This document shows positions 15,643-23,145 of a stretch of 28,555 nt of DNA, in pieces. Location: positions 1 through 28,555 of IMG/VR virus record IMGVR_UViG_3300032073_000172; one strand, 5' to 3'. Made by a program: the position numbers and the translations under genes. Under the pieces are notes generated by a model. It saw nothing but the letters and a program-made list of their open reading frames with translations, did no database searches and was not told the DNA's origin. How positions within the stretch are numbered: the first letter of the stretch is position 1; each line of letters begins with the position of its first letter. This DNA is from a virus.

Positions 15643-16957
15643 GCTGTAGTGCCTCTAGTAGTGGGTTAGTAGGTTGTTCTGGTTGCTCTGGTTCTAATTC
15701 TTCCATCTTTAAAGCTAACTCAGCCTCATCTATATCTGGGTTAAACTTTCGTATAAGTTCTTCACGAGTAATAAGATTATGTTCCATCATAAACTCTAAT
15801 TTGTTGCGTTCCTCTGTCCATGTCATAGGAAAGCCAACCTCTGGGTAATCAACGCTGTACTTATCAGATAGGTTTGTTCCTTCATGTACGCTTAATAGTT
15901 CTCTATCTATTTCATATCTATCATGTTCAAAATCTCTAAATACAGGGATGTCTGACTCTCTTGTTTCTATATTATCTACAGAAAGAATCTTTAATGCCTC
16001 ACCACTTGGTGGTGCAGATGACTCACCCCATCTAATTGTTAAGCTATGGTTCTGACCTACTTGATTGATTAAGTCTTTAACAGATTGAATCATCTGAGTT
16101 AGATTAGCACTTGGAGAAACATACTGCATTGATGCACCCTCTGGGAGAGCAATCAAACGATCTACACCGAACTTTAAGTAAGGTGGTATCTCTGTATCTA
16201 ATCCTGTAATTACAGGTGAACCCATCATTAACCTTGTAGCAATCATTACCTCTGTCCACGCATTAGAGGCATGAACAGCACAACGAGTAACATCCGATGC
16301 GTTAGTGTTAAACTCTACTTTAGATAATGGGATAAGGTTGTAAGGGTTTACCATCTCTAAGTTATTTCCTACAGGCATCATCTTACCATTTACATTAAAA
16401 CGAAAGTGCATACCTTGTTCACCATCTAAAGGCTTACTCCAGAAAGCGAACTGCCTATCTCCATTAAAGTCTCTATGTATCTCATAGCTTACACCATATA
16501 CTTCACCATCATATACATACTCTTTTACAATAGGATGTATCTTATATTCAATGCGTTGTGTCTTTGGGTTATACATACTCTGTAAGTGACAGCTACCTAA
16601 CAGCCAAGCAAGTTCTCCAAACTCCCTAACCTTAGTGTTTAGATTGTGAGTTTTTTCATTATAGTAATCATTAAACTCACCATTAATAAATCTTTCAGCA
16701 GGTTGCTTTAATAACATAAGTCTACTCTTAGCAAAACGCTTTACAAGTGACATAAGTACAGGGGGTATCTGTGATAAGGACTCTGTGCTGAAATACTGCT
16801 GTATATGTTCATCAAGGTTTCTATTATAGTAAAAGTCTAATGATGTATTCTTCTCAGCTATAGTATTATCTAACGCACTATATTCTGCATCTTTAACTGA
16901 ACGCAACACAGCCTCTTTACCGAGGTCTGGGAGCATTATCTTATCGTGTAATTCCAT
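15635..16957 (-). CDS. Portal protein
   Basis: ORF track, 440 aa. It lies between terL and the gp7/Mu-F-like gene. Size and position are canonical. No motif was independently verified. Confidence 0.75.
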   Translation of the reverse strand: MELHDKIMLPDLGKEAVLRSVKDAEYSALDNTIAEKNTSLDFYYNRNLDEHIQQYFSTESLSQIPPVLMSLVKRFAKSRLMLLKQPAERFINGEFNDYYNEKTHNLNTKVREFGELAWLLGSCHLQSMYNPKTQRIEYKIHPIVKEYVYDGEVYGVSYEIHRDFNGDRQFAFWSKPLDGEQGMHFRFNVNGKMMPVGNNLEMVNPYNLIPLSKVEFNTNASDVTRCAVHASNAWTEVMIATRLMMGSPVITGLDTEIPPYLKFGVDRLIALPEGASMQYVSPSANLTQMIQSVKDLINQVGQNHSLTIRWGESSAPPSGEALKILSVDNIETRESDIPVFRDFEHDRYEIDRELLSVHEGTNLSDKYSVDYPEVGFPMTWTEERNKLEFMMEHNLITREELIRKFNPDIDEAELALKMEELEPEQPEQPTNPLLEALQRG

Positions 16958-16966
16958 TATAAACCT

Positions 16967-17119
16967 TTATGATATGGCATAATCATTTGCCTTTATATGT
17001 TCGTGTATGAACTCCCCAATCTCAGACTTATTTCTTAAATGTAAATGTTTTCCGTAATAATGTAAGAATATAAAAGTGATAATGATTCCTACTACGATAC
17101 CTAATAAAAACTCTACCAT
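16967..17119 (-). CDS. 50-aa membrane-anchored micro-ORF (not in ORF track)
   Basis: Hand translation gives MVEFLLGIVVGIIITFIFLHYYGKHLHLRNKSEIGEFIHEHIKANDYAIS. Its ATG (17119-17117) overlaps the last codons of terL (GAATGGTAG). It fills the terL-portal gap. Confidence 0.5.
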   Translation of the reverse strand: MVEFLLGIVVGIIITFIFLHYYGKHLHLRNKSEIGEFIHEHIKANDYAIS

Positions 17120-18324
17120 TCTGTACTTATAGCCTTCTTAGTGCGTAAAGGAAAGTAGTAATTGCATAGATAACCAAGAGCATCACTTAGGTGTGTTTGC
17201 TTAATATCTCTTTTGTCTATGTCTCCAAGCCTCCAGACATTCTGCTCTAAATCCATAATTAGATTAGGACATCCTTCTACGCTAAAGTTTCCTTCTCTTA
17301 TAAGTTTGTTTACACTAGCAACCCTATCTCTTACAGCAGGGTTCTTTCTTGGTGCTTTTAAATTAAATCCGTAGGACTTCATAATCTCATGATCTGAAGA
17401 AACAGCAGAACTCTTACGAGCATTACCAGAGGCATCAGATACTACCGATACATTAGGGAAGTCTTTCTTAATTAGTTCTGCCATGTCGTATGTATTAGCG
17501 TTGCTCATGCGATACTCTTTGAATACATGAATCCATCCATTACCCATTCTAACAGCTAACGCACTCGCATAATCAACATTATAGTCTTGGCATATAACTA
17601 CAGGTAAGTGGTTTAAATCAGTTCTCTTTGAAATATGCTTAGTTCTATCAAAGTCTTTATATACTCTGCCTTGTGTAAGATTAATAAATTGACCATGTAC
17701 ATAGGCTTTTATTTCATCATCTGAGTAAGCTGATAGTAAGTTTTGTTTATATTCTTCTGGAAGATGTAGGTTGTCTAAGGTAGAACCATATACAATGCCT
17801 ATATCTATATCATCACGATTACTTAACTGATAACCCCAATTCAACTGCTCTGGAGTTCCTGTTAAGAATACCTCTGATTGTTTTGCCTCTGGATGCCTTA
17901 CCCTTGCAATCATCTGGTCAAATACTTCTTTCTTTTGTATAAATGGTTCATCAATTCCTGCCCATGCTAAATTAGAGCCTTTCAAACTATCTGGCTTATC
18001 ACCAGAACCTAGCCAAATGCGACCATCCCAATTATGTATATGGAACTCGCCTTTCATTTGGTTATATGTATAGTTTAGTCCACTTCTATTTAGAATATCT
18101 TTTAATGTTACTACTATTGTTCTCTGTGAAAGTCCATGTGATGGACTCACATACATCCCTGCATGGGGTTGATTCAAATAGCTTAAATATATTGATCTCA
18201 ATGCCCCTATGTAGGTTTTTCCACTTCCGTACCCACCTATGAGAACCTTGTAAAATTGTTTTAAATCCCACCATTGTGATTGATGTGGGAGAAAATTCTT
18301 TCTTTGTATTCTGAATTGACTCAC
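17113..18324 (-). CDS. terL: Terminase large subunit
   Basis: Walker A is LIGGYGSGKTYIG and Walker B-like is LAWAGIDEP. 403 aa. The GTG start overlaps the terS stop (GTGA). Confidence 0.9.
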   Translation of the reverse strand: MSQFRIQRKNFLPHQSQWWDLKQFYKVLIGGYGSGKTYIGALRSIYLSYLNQPHAGMYVSPSHGLSQRTIVVTLKDILNRSGLNYTYNQMKGEFHIHNWDGRIWLGSGDKPDSLKGSNLAWAGIDEPFIQKKEVFDQMIARVRHPEAKQSEVFLTGTPEQLNWGYQLSNRDDIDIGIVYGSTLDNLHLPEEYKQNLLSAYSDDEIKAYVHGQFINLTQGRVYKDFDRTKHISKRTDLNHLPVVICQDYNVDYASALAVRMGNGWIHVFKEYRMSNANTYDMAELIKKDFPNVSVVSDASGNARKSSAVSSDHEIMKSYGFNLKAPRKNPAVRDRVASVNKLIREGNFSVEGCPNLIMDLEQNVWRLGDIDKRDIKQTHLSDALGYLCNYYFPLRTKKAISTEW

Positions 18325-18635
18325 TCAATGATAAGAGAATCCTTGTGTGTAACTTCCCTTATCTCTTTGGATTTCCCCTCTGTCCTGTCTGATAAATAAT
18401 GAATGGCTGTCATGTTACCCCTAACTGCCATATCGTAAGCCTTACGGATCATCTTCTCTTTTTTAGACTTTCCATCTTGCTCTACTTCTTTAAAAACATC
18501 GTTTATAATGTCTGATAATGCCCCAAGCCTACCATTTGGGTTAGCAATCTGTCCTTTTTTAAACTGAGTATCTGGATTTCCAGAAGTCTTAAATTGTCCG
18601 TTTGACCTCCTTTTAACCTCCATTTCTTTACTCAT
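18321..18635 (-). CDS. terS: Terminase small subunit (putative)
   Basis: ORF track, 104 aa. It is basic, with GNPDTQFKKGQIANPNGR, an NPNGR-type motif that I recall from small-terminase/DUF5681-like proteins. It lies immediately upstream of terL and is translationally coupled to it. Confidence 0.6.
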   Translation of the reverse strand: MSKEMEVKRRSNGQFKTSGNPDTQFKKGQIANPNGRLGALSDIINDVFKEVEQDGKSKKEKMIRKAYDMAVRGNMTAIHYLSDRTEGKSKEIREVTHKDSLIIE

Positions 18636-18801
18636 GCTCTACTAATCCCATTGCTAGTGCTTTATTTAACATATCCATCAAATCTTTTACTTTTTCAGTC
18701 TCAACCTCGAACACATCAAACTCAATTCTCCATGCTCCTGTAATCTTGAGGTTTTTAATACCTACTAGTTCAACATTTAATGATACTCCTCTATCTGACA
18801 T
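18628..18801 (-). CDS. 57-aa hypothetical protein, first ORF of the late operon (not in ORF track)
   Basis: Hand translation gives MSDRGVSLNVELVGIKNLKITGAWRIEFDVFEVETEKVKDLMDMLNKALAMGLVEHE. It overlaps the terS start by 8 nt (ATGAGTAA). No SD was seen upstream. Confidence 0.5.
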   Translation of the reverse strand: MSDRGVSLNVELVGIKNLKITGAWRIEFDVFEVETEKVKDLMDMLNKALAMGLVEHE

Positions 18802-18810
18802 ATTTTAATA

Positions 18811-18824
18811 GTTGTAGCTACAAC
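18811..18824. promoter_or_regulatory. Perfect 14-bp palindrome GTTGTAGCTACAAC, 10 nt upstream of the first late ORF (operator/activator-site candidate)
   Basis: Read directly. It is one of several dyads in the 289-bp non-coding region. The others are TTAAGTGACTTAA at 18864-18876 and CTATATATAG at 18941-18950. Confidence 0.35.
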
Positions 18825-19010
18825 ACTAGCGTCATTGTTCCCTGTCTATCGCCCTATGCACAATTAAGTGACTTAACTTTTTCAAGGTCGTTAAACCTAC
18901 TTATTACTTCTAATAGCGAGTGAGGCACAATAACAAGCCTCTATATATAGTAGTAAAAGTCAACCAATATTGCACTATTTGGAGGGTAAAATAAAGGGGT
19001 AAAAAATGTA

Positions 19011-19031
19011 AACTCTAATATTGTTAGAGTT
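19011..19031 (-). terminator. Weak bidirectional-looking hairpin terminator after the HTH regulator gene
   Basis: AACTCTAA-tattg-TTAGAGTT forms an 8-bp AT-rich stem. On the minus strand it is followed by tacaTTTTTT and preceded by an A/T run. It lies about 60 nt after the stop at 19091. Confidence 0.35.
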
Positions 19032-19090
19032 AAAAAAATAAAAAAAGTTTTTAAATGTCAACCTTTGAACTTAAAAAAGTGCCAAATTCG

Positions 19091-19384
19091 TCAACCACTT
19101 AATCTATTAATAATATTGGTTAATATATCGCAAGACCTATCTATTGTTTTAGATACAGATTGTTTACTTATCTGGAAATCCCTACCTATATCATCGTAAG
19201 ATTCCCTACCTATGTAGTATTTAGCCATAAATATTTCTATTTGCCTGTGTGTAGCCTCTTGTGCGAATAAGATACCTGCTAATAAGAGATTCATTTTATT
19301 GTTCTCTAACTCTTTAATATCCCATTTATCTTTATGATCTCCATCATATCTGCCACACATTTCGCATGGTTCTACTTTATTCAT
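19091..19384 (-). CDS. Sigma-70 region-4-like HTH protein, a candidate late-gene activator (RinA/ArpU-like by position)
   Basis: ATHRQIEIFMAKYYIGRESYDDIGRDFQISKQSVSKTIDRSCDILTNII fits the region-4 pattern (..RQ.e.f.l.y..g.sy.EIa...gis...V...i.R). The N-terminus carries CEMCG. It is the last gene before the non-coding region upstream of the terminase genes. Confidence 0.6.
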   Translation of the reverse strand: MNKVEPCEMCGRYDGDHKDKWDIKELENNKMNLLLAGILFAQEATHRQIEIFMAKYYIGRESYDDIGRDFQISKQSVSKTIDRSCDILTNIINRLSG

Positions 19385-19515
19385 TAATTTATCCCATTCT
19401 TCTTCTCTGCCTGTTTCTTCCGTATATTTTCCACCTGTCTCGCAGTTCTACCTCGTGCTTTATTATCTTCGTTCAACTTTCTTTTATTTATTTTATTTTG
19501 TTTAGATTGTCTCAA
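19384..19515 (-). CDS. 43-aa basic protein with a TTG start (not in ORF track)
   Basis: AAAGGAGAG lies 6 nt upstream of TTG 19515, with an in-frame TAA just before it. Translation gives (M)RQSKQNKINKRKLNEDNKARGRTARQVENIRKKQAEKKNGIN. Its stop shares a base with the next ATG (TAATG). Confidence 0.55.
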   Translation of the reverse strand: MRQSKQNKINKRKLNEDNKARGRTARQVENIRKKQAEKKNGIN

Positions 19516-19547
19516 TGTTTACTCTCCTTTAGTATGTGTAAAATAGC

Positions 19548-19575
19548 TAGTGGGTAAACGCCAATCCACCCACTA
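19548..19575 (-). terminator. Stem-loop between the early operon and the regulator mini-operon (leaky terminator or RNA element candidate)
   Basis: TAGTGGGT / ACCCACTA form an 8-bp stem with a 12-nt loop. On the minus strand it is followed by gcTATTTTacac, only a short U-run. Confidence 0.3.
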
Positions 19576-19642
19576 ACATTGTCAATCTTTTCAACCACAA
19601 TACAAAAAGAATCCTTTCTGTAAGTTTAATTAAAAAGAGTTA

Positions 19643-19657
19643 TTGCTATCCTAGCAA
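19643..19657 (-). terminator. Short hairpin overlapping the stop codon of the last early ORF
   Basis: Minus strand reads TTGCTA-gga-TAGCAA followed by taactcTTTTTaatt. The stem is 6 bp, so it is weak. Confidence 0.3.
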
Positions 19658-19774
19658 TTCTTTTATTTTAGAGTTTAATTCCTTAACTCTTTCTAAATCT
19701 ATTAATTTAAAGTGACCTTGTTCAGACAATAATTCACTTACTTCTTTTAATATTTCTTTAATCTCTTTGTCCAT
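19646..19774 (-). CDS. 42-aa helical micro-ORF (not in ORF track)
   Basis: Hand translation gives MDKEIKEILKEVSELLSEQGHFKLIDLERVKELNSKIKELLG. It overlaps the preceding micro-ORF by 17 nt. Confidence 0.45.
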   Translation of the reverse strand: MDKEIKEILKEVSELLSEQGHFKLIDLERVKELNSKIKELLG

Positions 19775-19907
19775 AATAATCCTTAATTAAGTTATATAAA
19801 TTTGTTCCAATAAAAAACCATATCATTAAACCTATAGGCACAAGCACTAAAGCCATTCCTAACGCTAATAAATTAATAATAATCTCATATAAGTTTATAA
19901 TAATCAT
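19758..19907 (-). CDS. 49-aa membrane micro-ORF (not in ORF track)
   Basis: Hand translation gives MIIINLYEIIINLLALGMALVLVPIGLMIWFFIGTNLYNLIKDYYGQRD. There is an ATGA overlap with the upstream gene's stop (19907-19904). Confidence 0.5.
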   Translation of the reverse strand: MIIINLYEIIINLLALGMALVLVPIGLMIWFFIGTNLYNLIKDYYGQRD

Positions 19908-20125
19908 TCGCAGTCTCTACATATTTGTTTCTTTTTACCATATCTTGGTATATGGTCATATTTAAGCAGTTTCTTTATGCCATTAGAGTTTCTTTCCCAC
20001 TCCCATGTTCTTCTACATTTAGGACATAAAAATAACTTACTATCTGTTTTAATAGGTGATTGTGTTTTCTTCTTATTAGTGCATATCCTGTCACTAATGA
20101 TTACTTGATCCCTAAATAAATTCAC
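19904..20125 (-). CDS. Small zinc-ribbon-like protein, 73 aa
   Basis: ORF track. It has two Cys pairs, CPKC...CRDC. There is a 4-nt overlap with the replication gene. Confidence 0.6.
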   Translation of the reverse strand: MNLFRDQVIISDRICTNKKKTQSPIKTDSKLFLCPKCRRTWEWERNSNGIKKLLKYDHIPRYGKKKQICRDCE

Positions 20126-20976
20126 GCATTTCCTCCCATTATCTGATTAAGTGTTTCTTCTGTGTAATCCTTACCTTCATACTTTTGTGGCTTTTCTGGT
20201 ACAAATTCAACCCCACAACATACACTACTAAAGTTTAGTTCTTTTTGCTCTAAAAACATTGTATCACCACACTTAGAACAATAACCCCTATACATACCGG
20301 ATGGCATTATTCTAAATTGTTTCTTTTGTTTTATAGGCTGATGTGCAGTCTTAATAATATCATCATTCCATCGTTCACCATTAAGCCAAACATTTAACGC
20401 AGGTGTAAACTGAGCATCTGTTTCTTTCCAATTATTTAAAACTTGGTTTTTAAATGCCTTGTAGATTGTTTCGTGGTTTTCTTTTTTAACTACTAGTAGA
20501 TATTTCTGATAGGATTTCTTTTTATTAACTTTCTTAGGTACTAATTGCCAAAGTTTTTCAAACTCTTGAACATATATATTATTATTAATCTTCTTAGTCT
20601 TATTGTTTAGTGTTCGTTTGTTGTTCAGTTGTTGTTCACTTTGCTGTTCATCTAGTTGGTAGTCTGACCACCTAAGTATTGATATTAAGCGACATCGAGG
20701 GTTTGTCTGTTGTTCAATTTGTTGTTCGATTTCAAAGGTTTTTAAAATTCGTTGTATTTTACTCTCATTAATTTTTAACTCTTTTGATATAATCTTTCTA
20801 CCTGTAATAAACTGCCCTGCTTTTAGTGTTATTCTTTCACCTTCATATATTGTATCATGGTCTGAATGGGTAGCATTTAACAGTAACCACATCCAGACAG
20901 CTAAATGGTCTGTGTCTTTCATAACTATTGGATTATCCAAAGTTTTACGATGTAGTTTTATCCAACCATTACTCAT
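20122..20976 (-). CDS. Replication initiator/organiser (winged-helix N-domain, C-terminal Cys cluster)
   Basis: The N-terminus WIKLHRKTLDNPIVMKD...AVWMWLLLNA...LKAGQFITGRKIISKELKINESKIQRILKTFE matches the common phage replication-protein wHTH pattern. The central EQQ-repeat linker is encoded by iterons. The C-terminus has CSKCGD...CCG. Confidence 0.7.
   Translation of the reverse strand: MSNGWIKLHRKTLDNPIVMKDTDHLAVWMWLLLNATHSDHDTIYEGERITLKAGQFITGRKIISKELKINESKIQRILKTFEIEQQIEQQTNPRCRLISILRWSDYQLDEQQSEQQLNNKRTLNNKTKKINNNIYVQEFEKLWQLVPKKVNKKKSYQKYLLVVKKENHETIYKAFKNQVLNNWKETDAQFTPALNVWLNGERWNDDIIKTAHQPIKQKKQFRIMPSGMYRGYCSKCGDTMFLEQKELNFSSVCCGVEFVPEKPQKYEGKDYTEETLNQIMGGNA
20608..20730. repeat. 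Iteron array inside the replication gene (candidate origin)
   Basis: There are six copies of TG(y)TGTTC(A/G), with the TGTTC core at 20611, 20622, 20633 and 20645 (spacing 11, 11, 12 bp) and at 20711 and 20723 (spacing 12 bp). About 60 bp separates the two clusters. Confidence 0.6.
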
Positions 20977-21602
20977 TACTTATTTTCCAAAATCTCATAA
21001 AATAGTTCTGGTGGTATCTTAGATTTTTCATAAGCGTTCTTTAAGCCTTGTGTACCTGTTTGACTTCCTCTTGGTGCAGGTTGATGATGACAATCTCTAT
21101 TACCATTATGACATGGGTTTCTTGGAATCCAATTAAGATCATTAGTCCAGATGTCTGTAGGTTTTGCTCTATGGTCATTACCTTTAGGATTAGAATATTT
21201 ACAATACCATATAGTATTTCTTTTCTCTGTTCTATTCATTATACTTAGTTTTCTTAGCTTACCTCTAGGATTTTCAATATAATAATATTTAGGTTTTAAT
21301 ACTTCAATAATAAGTATAGTCCTTCTAATTATATGTAAACCTAATTTAGCTTGTTCTGTTTTAGGTGTGTGGTCTTTATTCCAATGCTTACCTATACTAG
21401 CTACACTAAAAAAGGTACAGGGTGGACTTGCCCAGATAATATCTGGTCTATAAGGTAATTTATAAGGATTAAAATCTAATATATCACATACTACATCTAT
21501 CTTATCAAATGGTTCTGAATCAGTAGTATATACATTATGACCTAACTCTTCAGCTACCTTACTAAATGACCTTGATCCTGCAAATAATTCTAATGTATTC
21601 AT
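20976..21602 (-). CDS. Compact DNA (cytosine-5) methyltransferase-like protein, 208 aa
   Basis: Motif I-like is LELFAGSRSF, motif IV is WASPPCTFFS (catalytic PC), and motif VI-like is YYIENPRG. The C-terminal KIPPELFYEI resembles motif X. There is very little room for a target-recognition domain. Confidence 0.75.
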   Translation of the reverse strand: MNTLELFAGSRSFSKVAEELGHNVYTTDSEPFDKIDVVCDILDFNPYKLPYRPDIIWASPPCTFFSVASIGKHWNKDHTPKTEQAKLGLHIIRRTILIIEVLKPKYYYIENPRGKLRKLSIMNRTEKRNTIWYCKYSNPKGNDHRAKPTDIWTNDLNWIPRNPCHNGNRDCHHQPAPRGSQTGTQGLKNAYEKSKIPPELFYEILENK

Positions 21603-22054
21603 TTTATATAAGATTCCCTGTATATACTCATATTTCTACCATATACAAACAAATAATGTTTTTTAACCAAGTAAGCTATCTTACTAGCATAGTCACCCTT
21701 ACCTACAAATTCAACAGGTGTAAGTCTTTCTCTGTGGATCATATCCCTTATCTGGTCTGGTTTAATAAAGATAAATTCTTCATCATCTAAGTGAAATACC
21801 CACCAATCTGCTTTAGTAGTGCTTAATGCTGATAATTTGCCATTCATTTGTATTTCTACAACCACATTACCTGTATGTTGTGATTTAAAGTCTTTCTTAA
21901 CTTCCACAGATGTATCTATTTCGGGTATAAATATGTCATATTCTTTAAAATATCCATCTTTAATATAAGCATTAGGGTATTTATGTTTTATGCGATTTAA
22001 AACGATTTTTTCAGATTTCTTACCTACTACTAAAGACTCTTGAAAACTACTCAC
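21599..22054 (-). CDS. PD-(D/E)XK-type nuclease (putative)
   Basis: GKKSE(15)...YD(40)IFIPEIDTSVE(51)VK(53)KD fits the E...D...ExK core with normal spacing. 151 aa. Its stop overlaps the methyltransferase start (ATGA at 21602-21599). Confidence 0.5.
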   Translation of the reverse strand: MSSFQESLVVGKKSEKIVLNRIKHKYPNAYIKDGYFKEYDIFIPEIDTSVEVKKDFKSQHTGNVVVEIQMNGKLSALSTTKADWWVFHLDDEEFIFIKPDQIRDMIHRERLTPVEFVGKGDYASKIAYLVKKHYLFVYGRNMSIYRESYIK

Positions 22055-22395
22055 TTTAAACCCTCGATTATATTATCAAAATCTGCATCTATGAATTTTT
22101 GTGGTGTGTTCTTTTTTATTTTAAGGTCATTATACCAATCATCGCCTCTTTTTTCTATTGCCCACTCTACAAACTCAGCAGGTGTTTTATGTGCAGAAAA
22201 TTTAGAACTAAATACATGACAACCTACACATAGACAGAATCCATTATCTATATCCCATCTAACTACTCTAATACTCCTAGAATAAAAATGATGTGCGTTT
22301 AAAGGTTTATTTTTACCACAAACCTCACACATCCCAAACTGCTTGATTCTATTCGACCAAGCAGTATCTAACTTCTTAATAAGGGTTCGTTTCAT
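22051..22395 (-). CDS. NinG/Rap-like Cys/His zinc-binding nuclease (putative)
   Basis: CEVCGKNKPLNAHHFYSRS...RWDIDNGFCLCVGCH resembles, from memory, the lambda NinG family core. There is a 4-nt overlap downstream and a 1-nt overlap upstream. Confidence 0.5.
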   Translation of the reverse strand: MKRTLIKKLDTAWSNRIKQFGMCEVCGKNKPLNAHHFYSRSIRVVRWDIDNGFCLCVGCHVFSSKFSAHKTPAEFVEWAIEKRGDDWYNDLKIKKNTPQKFIDADFDNIIEGLK

Positions 22396-23003
22396 TAAAA
22401 AGGAACATCCTCATCTTTAGGTTCTTCTTTTTTATTCTGGCTTTCTTCCCATCTTGCAAGTCCATGAACAGCTATATCCATTAAGCCTTTTGCAAAATCT
22501 TCTATATCTTCAAATATATGCCCCCTTGAATTATTTTTTGAAGATACTATTTTAGTTGCCTCTTTTACACACATACCCCAAGTAATGCCTAAACTGCCAT
22601 TTACAGGCTTTTTAGACTTATTCATTACCTCTAAGGGATGACTGCCACCACTCATAGGGATTACACTCCATCCTGCGTATGTACCTTTCTCGCCATTTAT
22701 CTCTTTCAGCATCACCTCAACTGTTGTACCAGAACCATTACCTACCAACTTCTTATATAATGCACCACTAAACTCAAAATCAGTCTGTTTACCAATTTTA
22801 AGTTCTACCCATTCACCTTTATCATTTTGAAACCACTTTACTCCAGAACCATCTGTTATATCGTGTCCAACCATCTCAACAGGAAGTGTGTATCTTTCCT
22901 TGTCAAACATATCCTTTTCTACTTTCGCAGTTGTTGGATCACTTAACAATTTCAGATATATACCTGTGTTTAAATGAAGGTCTTTCTTTATTTGAAATGC
23001 CAT
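22395..23003 (-). CDS. Non-canonical ssDNA-binding-protein candidate with a bacterial SSB-type C-terminal tip (DEDVPF)
   Basis: ORF track, 202 aa, with a strong RBS (GTAGGAGAGAAAT-ATG). The protein ends ...QNKKEEPKDEDVPF, compared with E. coli SSB ...DFDDDIPF. The body does not look like a classic SSB OB fold by eye. Confidence 0.5.
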   Translation of the reverse strand: MAFQIKKDLHLNTGIYLKLLSDPTTAKVEKDMFDKERYTLPVEMVGHDITDGSGVKWFQNDKGEWVELKIGKQTDFEFSGALYKKLVGNGSGTTVEVMLKEINGEKGTYAGWSVIPMSGGSHPLEVMNKSKKPVNGSLGITWGMCVKEATKIVSSKNNSRGHIFEDIEDFAKGLMDIAVHGLARWEESQNKKEEPKDEDVPF

Positions 23004-23027
23004 ATTTCTCTCCTACTTATTTGTTAA

Positions 23028-23144
23028 TTAAAGTCTTATTAATTGTGAAACGATAAAGCCAAGCCAAAAGCATATAAAATATGGTGCTATACGCTCTACC
23101 CAATACATCATATATTCATATAAATCTAAAATAAAATCAATCAT
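23028..23144 (-). CDS. 38-aa hydrophobic micro-ORF (not in ORF track)
   Basis: Hand translation gives MIDFILDLYEYMMYWVERIAPYFICFWLGFIVSQLIRL. GGGAGA lies 7 nt upstream, embedded in the end of the preceding gene. Confidence 0.45.
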   Translation of the reverse strand: MIDFILDLYEYMMYWVERIAPYFICFWLGFIVSQLIRL

Positions 23145-23145
23145 A

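Noticed and set aside
19091-19515. Anti-CRISPR (small ORF) plus Aca (HTH) operon interpretation
   Set aside because: The architecture is superficially similar. However, the HTH is sigma region-4-like rather than a typical Aca HTH. The small ORF is a Lys/Arg-rich, nucleic-acid-binding-looking peptide. The position directly upstream of terS fits a late activator better. I keep it only as a minor alternative.
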